Assembly (NCBI GenBank): GCA_002269645.1
Contig: NIVC01000476.1
Location: 124,001-188,000 of the forward strand
Direction: 5' to 3'
Source: Macrostomum lignano
Taxonomy: Eukaryota
Length of the DNA: 64,000 nucleotides
The notes under the pieces were generated by a model. The model was given only the letters and a program-made list of their open reading frames with translations, searched no databases and was not told where the DNA came from. Of the stretch, positions 37,136 through 51,410 are shown piece after piece. Numbering within the stretch: the first letter of the stretch is position 1; every line of letters begins with the position of its first letter. Both the position numbers and the translations under genes were made by a program.

Positions 37136-37789
37136 AGTCCCAATAACCTAGCTACAGCGGAAGCTATCAGAACTGCTCAACTGAGTTTTGCAACCGCCAT
37201 TGAGCAGGTTAGGCTGGTGCAAGAACTGCCAGTCTGCCTCTCTGGCAGAAATGCCTGCATAAAACAGCCTCAGTTGTCCACCAGCGCAGCAGGGAGTCGG
37301 CAATCGCCACCCCCACTGCAGGCTGCAGTTGAACTCTACGAAATCTATTGCAATTCTCATGAAACAGCTCAGTAATAATAATTCAGTTTTCCAAGCCAAA
37401 AATCCCAATTTAATCCAATCATGGGCTTTGACAGAGAGCCACTCTCCATTTCCGTTGCTTGTCCCTCTCTGCTGCGTTCCCCTTTCTCTCTCTCTCTCTC
37501 TCCATTGTCTCCCCGCTCTCTCCGCCAGCGTCTCTTCCCAATGCTTTCTTGTTATAAATTCAGCAGCCATTTGTAACAGAAGCGTCGAGGCAACAACGGA
37601 AGGCAGAAGAGGCCCCGCAGCAATCTGAATCAAAACTGAAGTCAAAGCAGGAAAAACGAAGAACTCCAGGTGAGCCGGACAGCTGCAGGTAGATGTAGAG
37701 GTGCTGGACAGAAAATTAATGGCTTAAATCTAATAGACTCTCCAGATACAGTTGCATCAACAAAGACAAATCCTCTAGTACTAACACAA

Positions 37790-38472
37790 ATCGACAGACA
37801 CAATGAGTAAATCTACAGACACAATGAGTAACTCTACAGACACAGTGAGTAAATCTACAGTCACAGTGAGTAAATCTACAGACACAGTGAGTAAATCTAC
37901 AGGCACAATGAGCAAATCTACAGGCACAATGAGCAAATCTACAGGCACAATGAATAAATCTACAGGCACAATGAGCAAATCTACAGGCACAATGAGTAAA
38001 TCTGTAGACACAATGAGTAAATCTACAGGCACAATGAGCAAATCTACAGGCACAATGAGTAAATCTGCAGACACAATGAGTAAATCTGCAGACACAATGA
38101 GTAAATCTACAGACACAGTGAGTAAATCTACAGACACAGTGAGTAAATCTACAGACACAATGAGTAAATCTACAGTCACAATGAGCAAATCTACAGTCAC
38201 AATGAGCAAATCTACAGGCACAATGAGCAAATCTACAGGCACAATGAGTAAATCTACAGACACAATGAGTAAATCTACAGACACAATGAGTAAATCTACA
38301 GACACAATGAGTAAATCTACAGACACAGTGAGTAAATCTACAGACACAGTGAGTAAATCTACAGGCACAGTGAGTAAATCTACAGGCACAGTGAGTAAAT
38401 CTACAGACACAGTGAGTAAATCTACAGGCACAGTGAGTAAATCTACAGGCACAGTGAGTAAATCTACAGACA
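37790..38472. repeat. 21-bp minisatellite (ACAATGAGTAAATCTACAGAC), possibly within a 5'UTR intron of the GT32 gene
   Basis: About 32 copies; candidate donor CAG|GTGAGC at ~37669 and acceptor ATCAAG| at ~38478. Confidence 0.93.
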
Positions 38473-38564
38473 CATCAAGCCGGTGCTCCACCAGAATCCG
38501 CCACGCCCTCCCCATCCCCCACCGCAGGCGCTCCTGCAGTGACCGCGCGCCCCCCGCCGCCGAC

Positions 38565-40148
38565 ATGCGCCTCTTCCGCTGCCTGCGCCGCGGCTCGGGC
38601 TGCTCTCCTCTGCCCTCAGTGCTGCTGCTGCTGCTGCTGTTGCTATTCGTGTACTCGGTCGGCCGGGGCTGGATCTACTTCACCTGGGAGGAGCCGGCCT
38701 GGCTGCAGCTCACCGGAGACCCCCAAATTGACGCGAGAATCCGCCAGCTGGCCGCAGCAAGCCGGCCTCGCCGACTGAATTTGAGCAGCCGATGCGACGG
38801 CCGGATACCGCTGCTGCTGCACCAGATCTACACCAGCGACAGCGTGCCAGAGCTGTACAGGCACTCCATCGCCTCCTGCATTCGTCGGCATCCGGACTTT
38901 GTCTACGTGCTCTGGACAGATCCTGAGGCGAGAAGATTTGTAGCGGCGAACTACCCGGCCTACCTGGCCATGTTCGACGGATACAAGAACACCTTGCAGA
39001 GATCCGATGCCCTGCGCTACTTCATTCTGTACCACTTTGGAGGTGACGGCACTTAATTCTAGGGCTGACAGCTTCCTGTACCCACAAGGGATTTCCTACA
39101 GGGGATTTCCCGCAATGGATTTCCCGCAAGGAGTTTCCCCAGGAGATTTCCCACAAGGAATTTCCCGCAAGGGGTTTCCCGCAAGGGGTTTCCCGCAAGG
39201 GGTTTCCCGCAAGGGGTTTCCCGCAAGGGGTTTCCCGCAAGGGGTTTCCCGCAAGGGGTTTCCCGCAAGGGGTTTCCCGCAAGGGGTTTCCCGCAAGGGG
39301 TTTCCCGCAAGGGGTTTCCCGCAAGGGGTTTCCCGCAAGGGGTTTCCCGCAAGGAGTTTCCCGCAAGGGGTTTCCCGCAAGGGGTTTCCCGCAAGGGGTT
39401 TCCCGCAAGGGGTTTCCCGCAAGGGGTTTCCCGCAAGGGGTTTCCCGCAAGGGGTTTCCCGCAAGGGGTTTCCCGCAAGGGGTTTCCCGCAAGGGGTTTC
39501 CCGCAAGGGGTTTCCCGCAAGGGGTTTCCCGCAAGGGGTTTCCCGCAAGGGGTTTCCCGCAAGGGGTTTCCCGCAAGGGGTTTCCCGCAAGGGGTTTCCC
39601 GCAAGGGGTTTCCCGCAAGGGGTTTCCCGCAAGGGGTTTCCCGCAAGGGGTTTCCCGCAAGGGGTTTCCCGCAAGGGGTTTCCCGCAAGGGGTTTCCCGC
39701 AAGGGGTTTCCCGCAAGGGGTTTCCCGCAAGGGGTTTCCCGCAAGGGGTTTCCAGAAGGGTTTTTTACCAATGGGATTTCCCGCATGGTATTTCCCGCAT
39801 GGTATTTCCCGCATGGTATTTCCCGCATGGTATTTCCCGCATGGTATTTCCCGTAAGGGGTTTCCCACAGGAATCTTGTTCCTCCAGGATCCTACAGTCA
39901 GGGTTTTTAGAGGGGCTGACCCCGCAGGGATTTTCCGCAGGATATTTCCCAATAGGGATTTATCAAAAATATATCCCACAGGGGATTTCCATAGGGATTT
40001 CCCTCAGGTTATTGTTAGAGATGATTTCTACAGGGATTTTCCATAGAAGACTTTAACTTGGATCTTCCTATAGCAATTTATTTTGGCAAGAATTTCCTAA
40101 GAGTCCATTTTGCTGCGGCACCAATTATTCCTGGAAATCATAAACTCT

Positions 40149-40208
<60 letters not shown>

Positions 40209-42100
40209 GAATTGCCACCTTCAACTGTCGCACATAAACTCTACTTTAGCCGTAGTATTTGAATCAAGATTTCATTGCATTGGACAACGGGATGGAATAT
40301 CTCCAGCAACAAAAAATATTGCTGAAAGAGAAAAAGCCAGGAAAAATTTCCTGAAAGTCTGAAATTTCTCAGCTATTAATGTCCTGCAGCCCCCCAGCCC
40401 TGCCATCTCTGGGCCACTGCAGCTAAATGGGGGCCTGCTTCTCTCGACGCATGAAATATTGATGCGAAATATTTTTTCTCATCCGCAGCAGCATATGGAA
40501 GGGGAAAAATTGAGGTGGAAGAAATCCCAAACTATTGTTCCAGAGAGGCTGCTTGCTCCAAAACAATGGCATGCATAAAAACTGCTTGTTGTAGCGGCCA
40601 TAAATCTAAGTATCAACATTCTATTATAATATTTGGAATGTACATCTCTTAGTGGGTAATGTTTGAATGTACATCTCTAGTGTGTAATTTTTGGAATGTA
40701 CATCTCTAGTGAGCAGTGACTCACTCCCTAACAACACCGTCAACAGGAGTGTACATCGACATGGATGTACACTGCCTTCAACCGTTCGACACTCTGGTGG
40801 CAACAGAGGCCTGCTTCTTCGATCAGGAGCGCCCAGAGCAGACTCAAATCCTTCACGGCACTGAGTACTCGGTGATGAACTCGGTCATTGGCTGCGTCAA
40901 AAAGCACCCGTTTCTAGCAAAAGTGATTCAGAATTTACCACGAAAGAAGGACGGTAAGTAATGAAATAGCTTTTGAAGTGCTAGCTGAGATATACCTCAG
41001 TGGACTGAGAGACTGTCAAATGTTCACCTTGGCTTCTCGTTCACCAGTTGATGACATAATCAGTTCAACGGGTCCTCTCTACCTGACACAGCAGTACCAG
41101 CAGTACATTGCTGAGGTGCCAAAATTGGGGAGTCAGCGACTGCGACTACTGAGCCCGAGTGTGTTTTCACCTCTGCTGGACATGTCTGCACTTCTGAACT
41201 CCGTCTGCGGTAAGTGCTAAAGCCCATTAATTAACTACTACAGTAAAACAAAACAACAATAATCGTATGTAATCGCCGCGCTTTGCCCAGAGTCTAAAAA
41301 TCGCGTACATTGACACCGCACAGTCAGAGATTGATCCACTTTGGCCAGAGTCTAAAAATAGCTCGCGTACATTGACACCGCACAGTCAGGGATTGATCCA
41401 CTTTGGCCAGAGTCTAAAAATAGCTCGCGTACATTGACACCGCACAGTCAGAGATTGATCCACTTTGGCCAGAGTCTAAAAATAGCTCGCGTACATTGAC
41501 ACCGCACAGTCAGAGATTGATCCACTCTGCCCATAGTCTAAAAATAGCTCGGGTACATCAAGACTAACGCACATTACGGATCTAAAAATAGCACAGCAGA
41601 TTGAAAGCTGATTTCTTAATGGTTTATTTGATAATGAAAAGAGGGCACTGTGTACATGTACTTCATAGAATTTTTTATTTGACTTTTATCTCGCCACTGT
41701 TTTTTCATCCAATAAAGAACGCCTGCTGAATCCGACAAAAAGACCGGCGGTATTCCACAGACTGTATCGCCTTCGACAGCACTACCAGCCTCGGGAACTG
41801 AATGACAGGCCGTCAGGCTTTGAAGATCCCATATCTTTGAAGTTGACCGCCTGTAAAAAGTTCAGCCAGTCTGGCTACAGTCAGCAGGCGGACCGGTGGC
41901 TAACCATCGAGACCCTAGGAATTCACCGGTTCCTTCACCTGGGCTACCCGGCGGCAGCTAACCGGGACCGGCGCCGGCCATTGAAAAGATTCCAAGTTGG
42001 CGAACTGCTGCACGGCCGCCCAAATAATGGGGGCGCCGGACCGCTGGCGCCATCGGACCTGGAGGCCGCGCCGCTTGCTGCCAAAATGTGCTTCGCTTGA
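38565..42100 (+). CDS. GT32-family DXD glycosyltransferase (~409 aa, type II membrane), 4 exons: 38565-39042, 40747-40953, 41048-41209, 41718-42100
   Basis: N-terminal TM; IPLLLHQIY, LWTD, RSDALRYFILYHFGG|VYIDMD (DXD), MNSVIGCVKKHPFL, STGPLYLT, HRFLHLGY. All three introns are phase 1 and join in frame. Confidence 0.88.
39110..39870. repeat. 14-bp minisatellite (GGGGTTTCCCGCAA) in GT32 intron 1
   Basis: About 40 near-identical copies plus GGTATTTCCCGCAT variants. Confidence 0.97.
40150..40207. repeat. (CAA)n microsatellite
   Basis: Read directly. Confidence 0.97.
41280..41560. repeat. 62-bp tandem repeat (~4.5 copies) in GT32 intron 3
   Basis: CCAGAGTCTAAAAATAGCTCGCGTACATTGACACCGCACAGTCAG... 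with a period of 62. Confidence 0.93.
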
Positions 42101-43552
42101 CTGGGCTGCGATGGGGGGTGCGTGACTGCTGGCTGCGATGGGGGTGGGTGACTGCTGGCTGCGATAGGGGGTGGGTGACTGCTGGCTGCGATAGGGGGTG
42201 GGTGACTGCTGGCTGCGATGGGGGTGGGTGACTGCTGGCTGCGATGGGGGGGTGGGTGACTGCTGGCTGCGATGGGGGTGCGTGACTGCTGGCTGCGATG
42301 GGGGTGGGTGACTGCTGGCTGCGATGGGGGGGGGTGGGTGACTGCTGGCTGCGATGGGGGTGCGTGACTGCTGGCTGCGATGGGGGGTGCGTGACTGCTT
42401 GCTGCGATGGGGGTGGGTGACTGCTGGCTGCGATAGGGGGTGGGTGACTGCTGGCTGCGATGGGGGTGGGTGACTGCTGGCTGCGATGGGGGTGGGTGAC
42501 TGCTGGCTGCGATGGGGGGTGGGTGACTGCTGGCTGCGATGGGGTGCGTGACTGCTGGCTGCGATGGGGGTGGGTGACTGCTGGCTGCGATGGGGGGGGG
42601 GGTGGGTGACTGCTGGCTGCGATGGGGGTGCGTGACTGCTGGCTGCGATGGGGGTGGGTGACTGCTGGCTGCGATAGGGGTGGGTGACTGCTGGCTGCGA
42701 TGGGGGTGGGTGACTGCTGGCTGCGATGGGGGTGGGTGACTGCTGGCTGCGATGGGGGGGGGTGGGTGACTGCTGGCTGCGATGGGGGTGCGTGACTGCT
42801 GGCTGCGATGGGGTGGGTGACTGCTGGCTGCGATGGGGGGGGTGGGTGACTGCTGGCTGCGATGGGGGTGCGTGACTGCTGGCTGCGATGGGGGGTGCGT
42901 GACTGCTTGCTGCGATAGGGGGTGGGTGACTGCTGGCTGCGATAGGGGGTGGGTGACTGCTGGCTGCGATGGGGGTGGGTGACTGCTGGCTGCGATGGGG
43001 GTGGGTGACTGCTGGCTGCGATGGGGGGTGGGTGACTGCTGGCTGCGATGGGGGTGCGTGACTGCTGGCTGCGATGGGGGTGGGTGACTGCTGGCTGCGA
43101 TGGGGGGGGTGGGTGACTGCTGGCTGCGATGGGGGTGCGTGACTGCTGGCTGCGATGGGGGGTGGGTGACTGCTGGCTGCGATAGGGGGTGGGTGACTGC
43201 TGGCTGCGATGGGGTGGGTGACTGCTGGCTGCGATGGGGGTGGGTGACTGCTGGCTGCGATAGGGGTGGGTGACTGCTGGCTGCGATAGGGGGTGGGTGA
43301 CTGCTGGCTGCGATGGGGTGGGTGACTGCTGGCTGCGATGGGGTGGGTGACTGCTTGCTGCGATGGGGGTGGGTGACTGCTGGCTGCGATGGGGGTGGGG
43401 TGGGTAACTGCTGGCTGCGATGGGGGGTGGGTGACTGCTGGCTGCGATGGGGGGTGGGTGACTGCTGGCTGCGATGAGGGGTGCGTGACTGCTGGCTGCG
43501 ATGGGGGGTGCGTGACTGCTGGCTGCGATGGGGGGTGGGTGACTGCTGGCTG
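42101..43552. repeat. G-rich ~26-bp VNTR (GACTGCTGGCTGCGATGGGGGTGGGT) starting at the GT32 stop codon
   Basis: About 55 copies with variable G-run length. Confidence 0.96.
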
Positions 43553-44907
43553 CCGCTAAGCAGGTCTGCCCCTACATGTATGGGAGAGGGTTAAGTGCCT
43601 GACTGTGGTGAAGGAATCGCCTGTTACTGATGTACATGATCTTAGAAGTGGTGCTTCGAATTTTAGTTTGCAAACTGATTGTATGGACTTGTGTAGGGCT
43701 GATTCGAAACGTGCTTCTTTTTCACTCAGAACTCTGAATTAGTTTTAATGCTTTTTTATGTTTTTTAGTGCTGATAGAAGTTTAAAAGACACAAAAATGG
43801 CTCTGCTTTGCACATGTTTTATTAAAAAATTCAACAGGGTTGGTGTTCAAATGAAACTTTTATCTGCTAAGCTATGTCTACTATATTGCCTTAATAAATT
43901 TTTGAATTATTTTAATTTTCATTAATTTGTTTTACTTTCTCTGCAAAATAAAAATTAAATAATCTGCGAAGCGACACTCAATGGGTGAGCAGATTAATAA
44001 TTGTTTTTAATTCCTTCAAGTGACTTATATATAGTCCTTTGTTACGTTTTCCGAATGTGTATTTCTTTACATATTTTACGCAGGACAGACACGGGAACAG
44101 CAGCTGAATGAAATATAAGAGCACAAAAGTTGGTCCAGATTAAAACTTCGACTACAGAATTATAATACATTAGCATAATCTAAAAGTTAAGACTATTGAT
44201 CAACTCTTTTCGGCGCTAACATTCCAGTACGAGCTAGTGTCAGCACATCACATTTTATGAGTCAGGCATTCTGTACACAAGAGAGAATAACAAGCAAGCA
44301 ATAAATAATGGGCAGTAGGCTAACAGACTAAAATCACAGATACTAGAATAACTAGATGGGCCACTCAGCACATTTGCGTGTAAACTACTTTCAGTTCAGT
44401 AGCTAGTTTAGCAGAAGCATTCTAATCTATTTTTAAAGCCAAGACTCATTTATTGGCTCTAACCCCCCCCCCCCTCCGGCTTAAACCCTCCAACTGCGCC
44501 TTTCCACTCTACCCCCCCACCCCGCCGCCCCGCTCGAATTTTTATTGCCTTTCTCGGAATTCCAGCCTAAAGCTGCCATGTACATTTCAGTGGACTGGCT
44601 AATGTACATTATTGCTGAACCAATTAGCAAGTTGTTTGTGCCTGCAAGCTTGGGCTTCTAAACTTTATCAGTCGTTATTTTTATATAACAGCTAATGTAT
44701 TCTTCTTTGCTATTGAACTGAAAGTAGAAATCTGTTTTACAAAGTACATATACCTGAGTGGCCCATCTATTTTAGTATCTAGAATCCATGCAAACAGACA
44801 ATAATTAGGCTGCAAGCTTTCCACATTTAAAAGTTTCATTGGTCAACAATTTGCGTGTGCAGCTGCTACACGACATCAACGGAGCCCCATCGCTCATCTT
44901 CCCCTTT

Positions 44908-47058
<2,151 letters not shown>

Positions 47059-47769
47059 TGTTTTGGCTTTGGTTGTGGAAGATTCTGTCAGACAAAGATC
47101 GTAGGGGCCTCAGGTGAAGACTGCAAGATTAAATAGGAAACGAAAAACGAAAAAAACAGTCGCGTTGCCTTACTGGGAGAATTGGAAATCCCTGTTAGCC
47201 AGGGAACTTCCCTTTTTATACTGTTTGGCAGATGGGGCTTCTCTTTCTCTGCCCTCTCTCTCTCCCTCTCTCTCCCTACTCTCCAGTGTACTGCGCAGCT
47301 GCGCACAAGCACTCGGCAGTGTACACTGAGTCCTGTGCATAAAAAATGCATTTGCCACATTGTGCGTGCTTTTCTACAACACAAGGGACTGATAAACTAA
47401 CAAGGATGTTGAGAAAATAGGACTGAAGCAGCCAGGTGATAAGCATTTGCCAGAGAGCGAACTTCTGAGTCATGTTTGCGAATTACCACTCATCGAAAGC
47501 ACACAACCTTATTGCAGTCATTGAAAGGTTGTTTTATCAGTGCTTTATTATCTTTTAAACTTGACTGGGGTGGTCACAAGGTGTTTTAAAACAAGGTTAT
47601 GACTGGAATAAGTGCAGCGTTTGTCTGCGGTTTTTAGAATCCGGAATGACCTGCTATGACTAAATTTAACACAAATGCATACTATTTTTGGAAATGCTTC
47701 AATTTGGCTACAGGAAGTTAAAGCAGCCAAATGCGACCTCCAGAGGCTGTCCTTAGATTACTGTTTCTA

Positions 47770-50100
47770 CTGCATGTCATGTATCTGTCCTAGTGTCTTA
47801 GTGTCTGTCCTAGTATCTTAGTGTCTTAGTGTCTGTCCTAGTGTCTTAGTGTCTGTCCTAGTGTCTTAGTGTCTGTCCTAGTGTCTTAGTGTCTGTCCTA
47901 GTATCTTAGTGTCTGTCCTAGTATCTTAGTGTCTTAGTGTCTGTCCTAGTGTCTTAGTGTCTGTCCTAGTGTCTTAGTGTCTTAGTGTCTGTCCTAGTGT
48001 CTTAGTGTCTGTCCTAGTGTCTTAGTGTCTGTCCTAGTGTCTTAGTGTCTGTCCTAGTGTCTTAGTGTCTGTCCTAGTGTCTTAGTGTCTGTCCTAGTAT
48101 CTTAGTGTCTTAGTGTCTGTCCTAGTATCTTAGTGTCTTAGTGTCTGTCCTAGTGTCTTAGTGTCTGTCCTAGTGTCTTAGTGTCTGTCCTAGTGTCTTA
48201 GTGTCTTAGTGTCTGTCCTAGTGTCTTAGTGTCTTAGTGTCTGTCCTAGTGTCTTAGTGTCTTAGTGTCTGTCCTAGTATCTTAGTGTCTTAGTGTCTGT
48301 CCTAGTGTCTTAGTGTCTGTCCTAGTGTCTTAGTGTCTGTCCTAGTGTCTTAGTGTCTTAGTGTCTGTCCTAGTGTCTTAGTGTCTTAGTGTCTGTCCTA
48401 GTATCTTAGTGTCTTAGTGTCTGTCCTAGTGTCTTAGTGTCTTAGTGTCTGTCCTAGTGTCTTAGTGTCTTAGTGTCTGTCCTAGTATCTTAGTGTCTTA
48501 GTGTCTGTCCTAGTGTCTTAGTGTCTGTCCTAGTGTCTTAGTGTCTGTCCTAGTGTCTTAGTGTCTTAGTGTCTGTCCTAGTGTCTTAGTGTCTTAGTGT
48601 CTGTCCTAGTATCTTAGTGTCTTAGTGTCTGTCCTAGTGTCTTAGTGTCTGTCCTAGTGTCTTAGTGTCTGTCCTAGTGTCTTAGTGTCTGTCCTAGTGT
48701 CTTAGTGTCTTAGTGTCTGTCCTAGTGTCTTAGTGTCTTAGTGTCTGTCCTAGTATCTTAGTGTCTTAGTGTCTGTCCTAGTGTCTTAGTGTCTTAGTGT
48801 CTGTCCTAGTGTCTTAGTGTCTTAGTGTCTGTCCTAGTATCTTAGTGTCTTAGTGTCTGTCCTAGTGTCTTAGTGTCTGTCCTAGTGTCTTAGTGTCTGT
48901 CCTAGTGTCTTAGTGTCTTAGTGTCTGTCCTAGTGTCTTAGTGTCTTAGTGTCTGTCCTAGTATCTTAGTGTCTTAGTGTCTGTCCTAGTGTCTTAGTGT
49001 CTGTCCTAGTGTCTTAGTGTCTGTCCTAGTGTCTTAGTGTCTTAGTGTCTGTCCTAGTATCTTAGTGTCTTAGTGTCTGTCCTAGTGTCTTAGTGTCTGT
49101 CCTAGTGTCTTAGTGTCTGTCCTAGTATCTTAGTGTCTGTCCTAGTGTCTTAGTGTCTGTCCTAGTATCTTAGTGTCTTAGTGTCTTAGTGTCTGTCCTA
49201 GTATCTTAGTGTCTTAGTGTCTGTCCTAGTGTCTTAGTGTCTGTCCTAGTGTCTTAGTGTCTGTCCTAGTATCTTAGTGTCTGTCCTAGTATCTTAGTGT
49301 CTGTCCTAGTATCTTAGTGTCTTAGTGTCTGTCCTAGTGTCTTAGTGTCTGTCCTAGTGTCTTAGTGTCTGTCCTAGTATCTTAGTGTCTGTCCTAGTAT
49401 CTTAGTGTCTTAGTGTCTGTCCTAGTGTCTTAGTGTCTGTCCTAGTGTCTTAGTGTCTGTCCTAGTGTCTTAGTGTCTGTCCTAGTGTCTTAGTGTCTGT
49501 CCTAGTATCTTAGTGTCTGTCCTAGTGTCTTAGTGTCTGTCCTAGTGTCTTAGTGTCTGTCCTAGTATCTTAGTGTCTTAGTGTCTGTCCTAGTGTCTTA
49601 GTGTCTGTCCTAGTGTCTTAGTGTCTGTCCTAGTGTCTTAGTGTCTGTCCTAGTGTCTTAGTGTCTGTCCTAGTATCTTAGTGTCTGTCCTAGTGTCTTA
49701 GTGTCTGTCCTAGTGTCTTAGTGTCTGTCCTAGTATCTTAGTGTCTTAGTGTCTGTCCTAGTGTCTTAGTGTCTGTCCTAGTGTCTTAGTGTCTGTCCTA
49801 GTGTCTTAGTGTCTGTCCTAGTATCTTAGTGTCTTAGTGTCTGTCCTAGTGTCTTAGTGTCTGTCCTAGTGTCTTAGTGTCTGTCCTAGTGTCTTAGTGT
49901 CTGTCCTAGTGTCTTAGTGTCTGTCCTAGTGTCTTAGTGTCTTAGTGTCTGTCCTAGTGTCTTAGTGTCTGTCCTAGTGTCTTAGTGTCTGTCCTAGTAT
50001 CTTAGTGTCTTAGTGTCTGTCCTAGTATCTTAGTGTCTGTCCTAGTGTCTTAGTGTCTGTCCTAGTGTCTTAGTGTCTGTCCTAGGGTCTTGATGTCTGT
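47770..50100. repeat. 2.3-kb composite array of 8-bp (GTGTCTTA/GTATCTTA) and 12-bp (GTGTCTGTCCTA) units
   Basis: Read directly. Confidence 0.98.
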
Positions 50101-50689
50101 TCTAGTGTCTATCTTAGTATGTGTCTTCTTGTGTGTCTTAGTGTGTGTCCTAGTGTCTGTCTTAGTGTTCGTTTCAGTCTATTTATTAGCGTCTATCTTA
50201 GTGTGTGTCTTAGTGTGCATCTTAGTATGTGTGTTAGTATGTGTCCTAGTGTATGTAGTGAGTGTCTTCGTGTGTGTCTCTGAGTGAATCTCAGTGTGTG
50301 TCTCAGTATCTGTCCTGGACCTTTCTCTCTACCCCCGTGCCCGCACTCCGCTTGTGCACCCCATTCGTGTCTCACTGACATTGTTAAACTGTATGACGCA
50401 TAGTCCGCGTGTTTCGCTAGCACAAGTTTTCCTGGCCAAGAACTGGGCCGCCAATTTCCGAGGCATTCTGCTACTGTTTCCCTTCGCGTCGTTAAACCGC
50501 ATCCGGAATATCAGAGAGTGCAGATTGCGTTCATGGCTGAATTCTCGGGCCGTTTTCCGGTTAAAATATGAAATTAATACGATTTGAACTTCTTGGTAAA
50601 GGCACTGGCGTAACCTGTAATTATATTTTACAACTTTTATAACAAGTTAGGTTCTTAGGGTAGCGCAACACCTTGTGAAGGGTCAGGGG

Positions 50690-51022
50690 AGGGTAGCGGC
50701 ATCCAGTGAAGGATCAGGGGAGGGTAGCAGCATCCAGTGAAGGATCAGGGAAGGGTAGCGGCATCCAGTGAAGGATCAGGGGAGGGTAGCAGCATCCAGT
50801 GAAGGATCAGGGGAGGGTAGCGGCATCCAGTGAAGGATCAGGGAAGGGTAGCGGCATCCAGTGAAGGATCAGGGAAGGGTAGCGGCATCCAGTGAAGGAT
50901 CAGGGAAGGGTAGCGGCATCCAGTGAAGGATCAGGGGAGGGTAGCGGCATCCAGTGAAGGATCAGGGAAGGGTAGCGGCATCCAGTGAAGGATCAGGGAA
51001 GGGTAGCGGCATCCAGTGAAGG
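50690..51022. repeat. 31-bp tandem repeat (AGCGGCATCCAGTGAAGGATCAGGGAAGGGT), ~10-11 copies
   Basis: Head-to-tail copies with no unique spacers. Confidence 0.95.
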
Positions 51023-51333
51023 TTTAGAGTGGCCTCCAAATTTTCTCCAAAAAATAGTTAAATTATTAAAGCTGTACAGCTGAGCTCAGTGTGTGGTCAC
51101 TCAACATTCGAGGATGGTTACGCCATGCAGGAAGCAGAAATAACTTAATTTCTTAGTTCATCAACTAAGCCACCTCGTGGGTGGCGGGCGGACGCCCACC
51201 TAAACTAAACAACACGTGTGGTTTTTTTAATCTAAATCCGTTCTATTTTTAGAATTTTACACACATTCAATTCAGACCGCGATTCCAACTGTCTTGCAGA
51301 CCAAGTGCATCACTGGGTTCGCAGCAATCTGTG

Positions 51334-51341
51334 TATAAATA
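51334..51341 (+). promoter_or_regulatory. TATA box of TNF-like 2
   Basis: TATAAATA ~70 bp upstream of ATG 51411; the same octamer precedes TNF-like 3. Confidence 0.6.
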
Positions 51342-51410
51342 CCTGCAAAAGTTTTTAGCATTGCTGCTTTAAACCTTCCACAAAGTTCAGCCGCCAGAGT
51401 CAGCATCATC

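Noticed and set aside
37803-38564. Long MSKSTDT-repeat N-terminal extension of the GT32 ORF
   Set aside because: Translation of a 21-bp minisatellite; the real protein plausibly starts at ATG 38565 with a TM segment.
39007-40056. Repetitive ORFs (FPARGFPQG / GNPLRETPC), and similar ORFs at 46081-47117, 53208-54844, 55982-57310, 26237-26942 and 33141-33701
   Set aside because: All are stop-free translations of micro/minisatellites with no coding features.
50690-51022. CRISPR-like 31-bp repeats (also the 62-bp repeats at 41280-41560)
   Set aside because: Head-to-tail units with no unique spacers, no cas genes, and a eukaryotic context.
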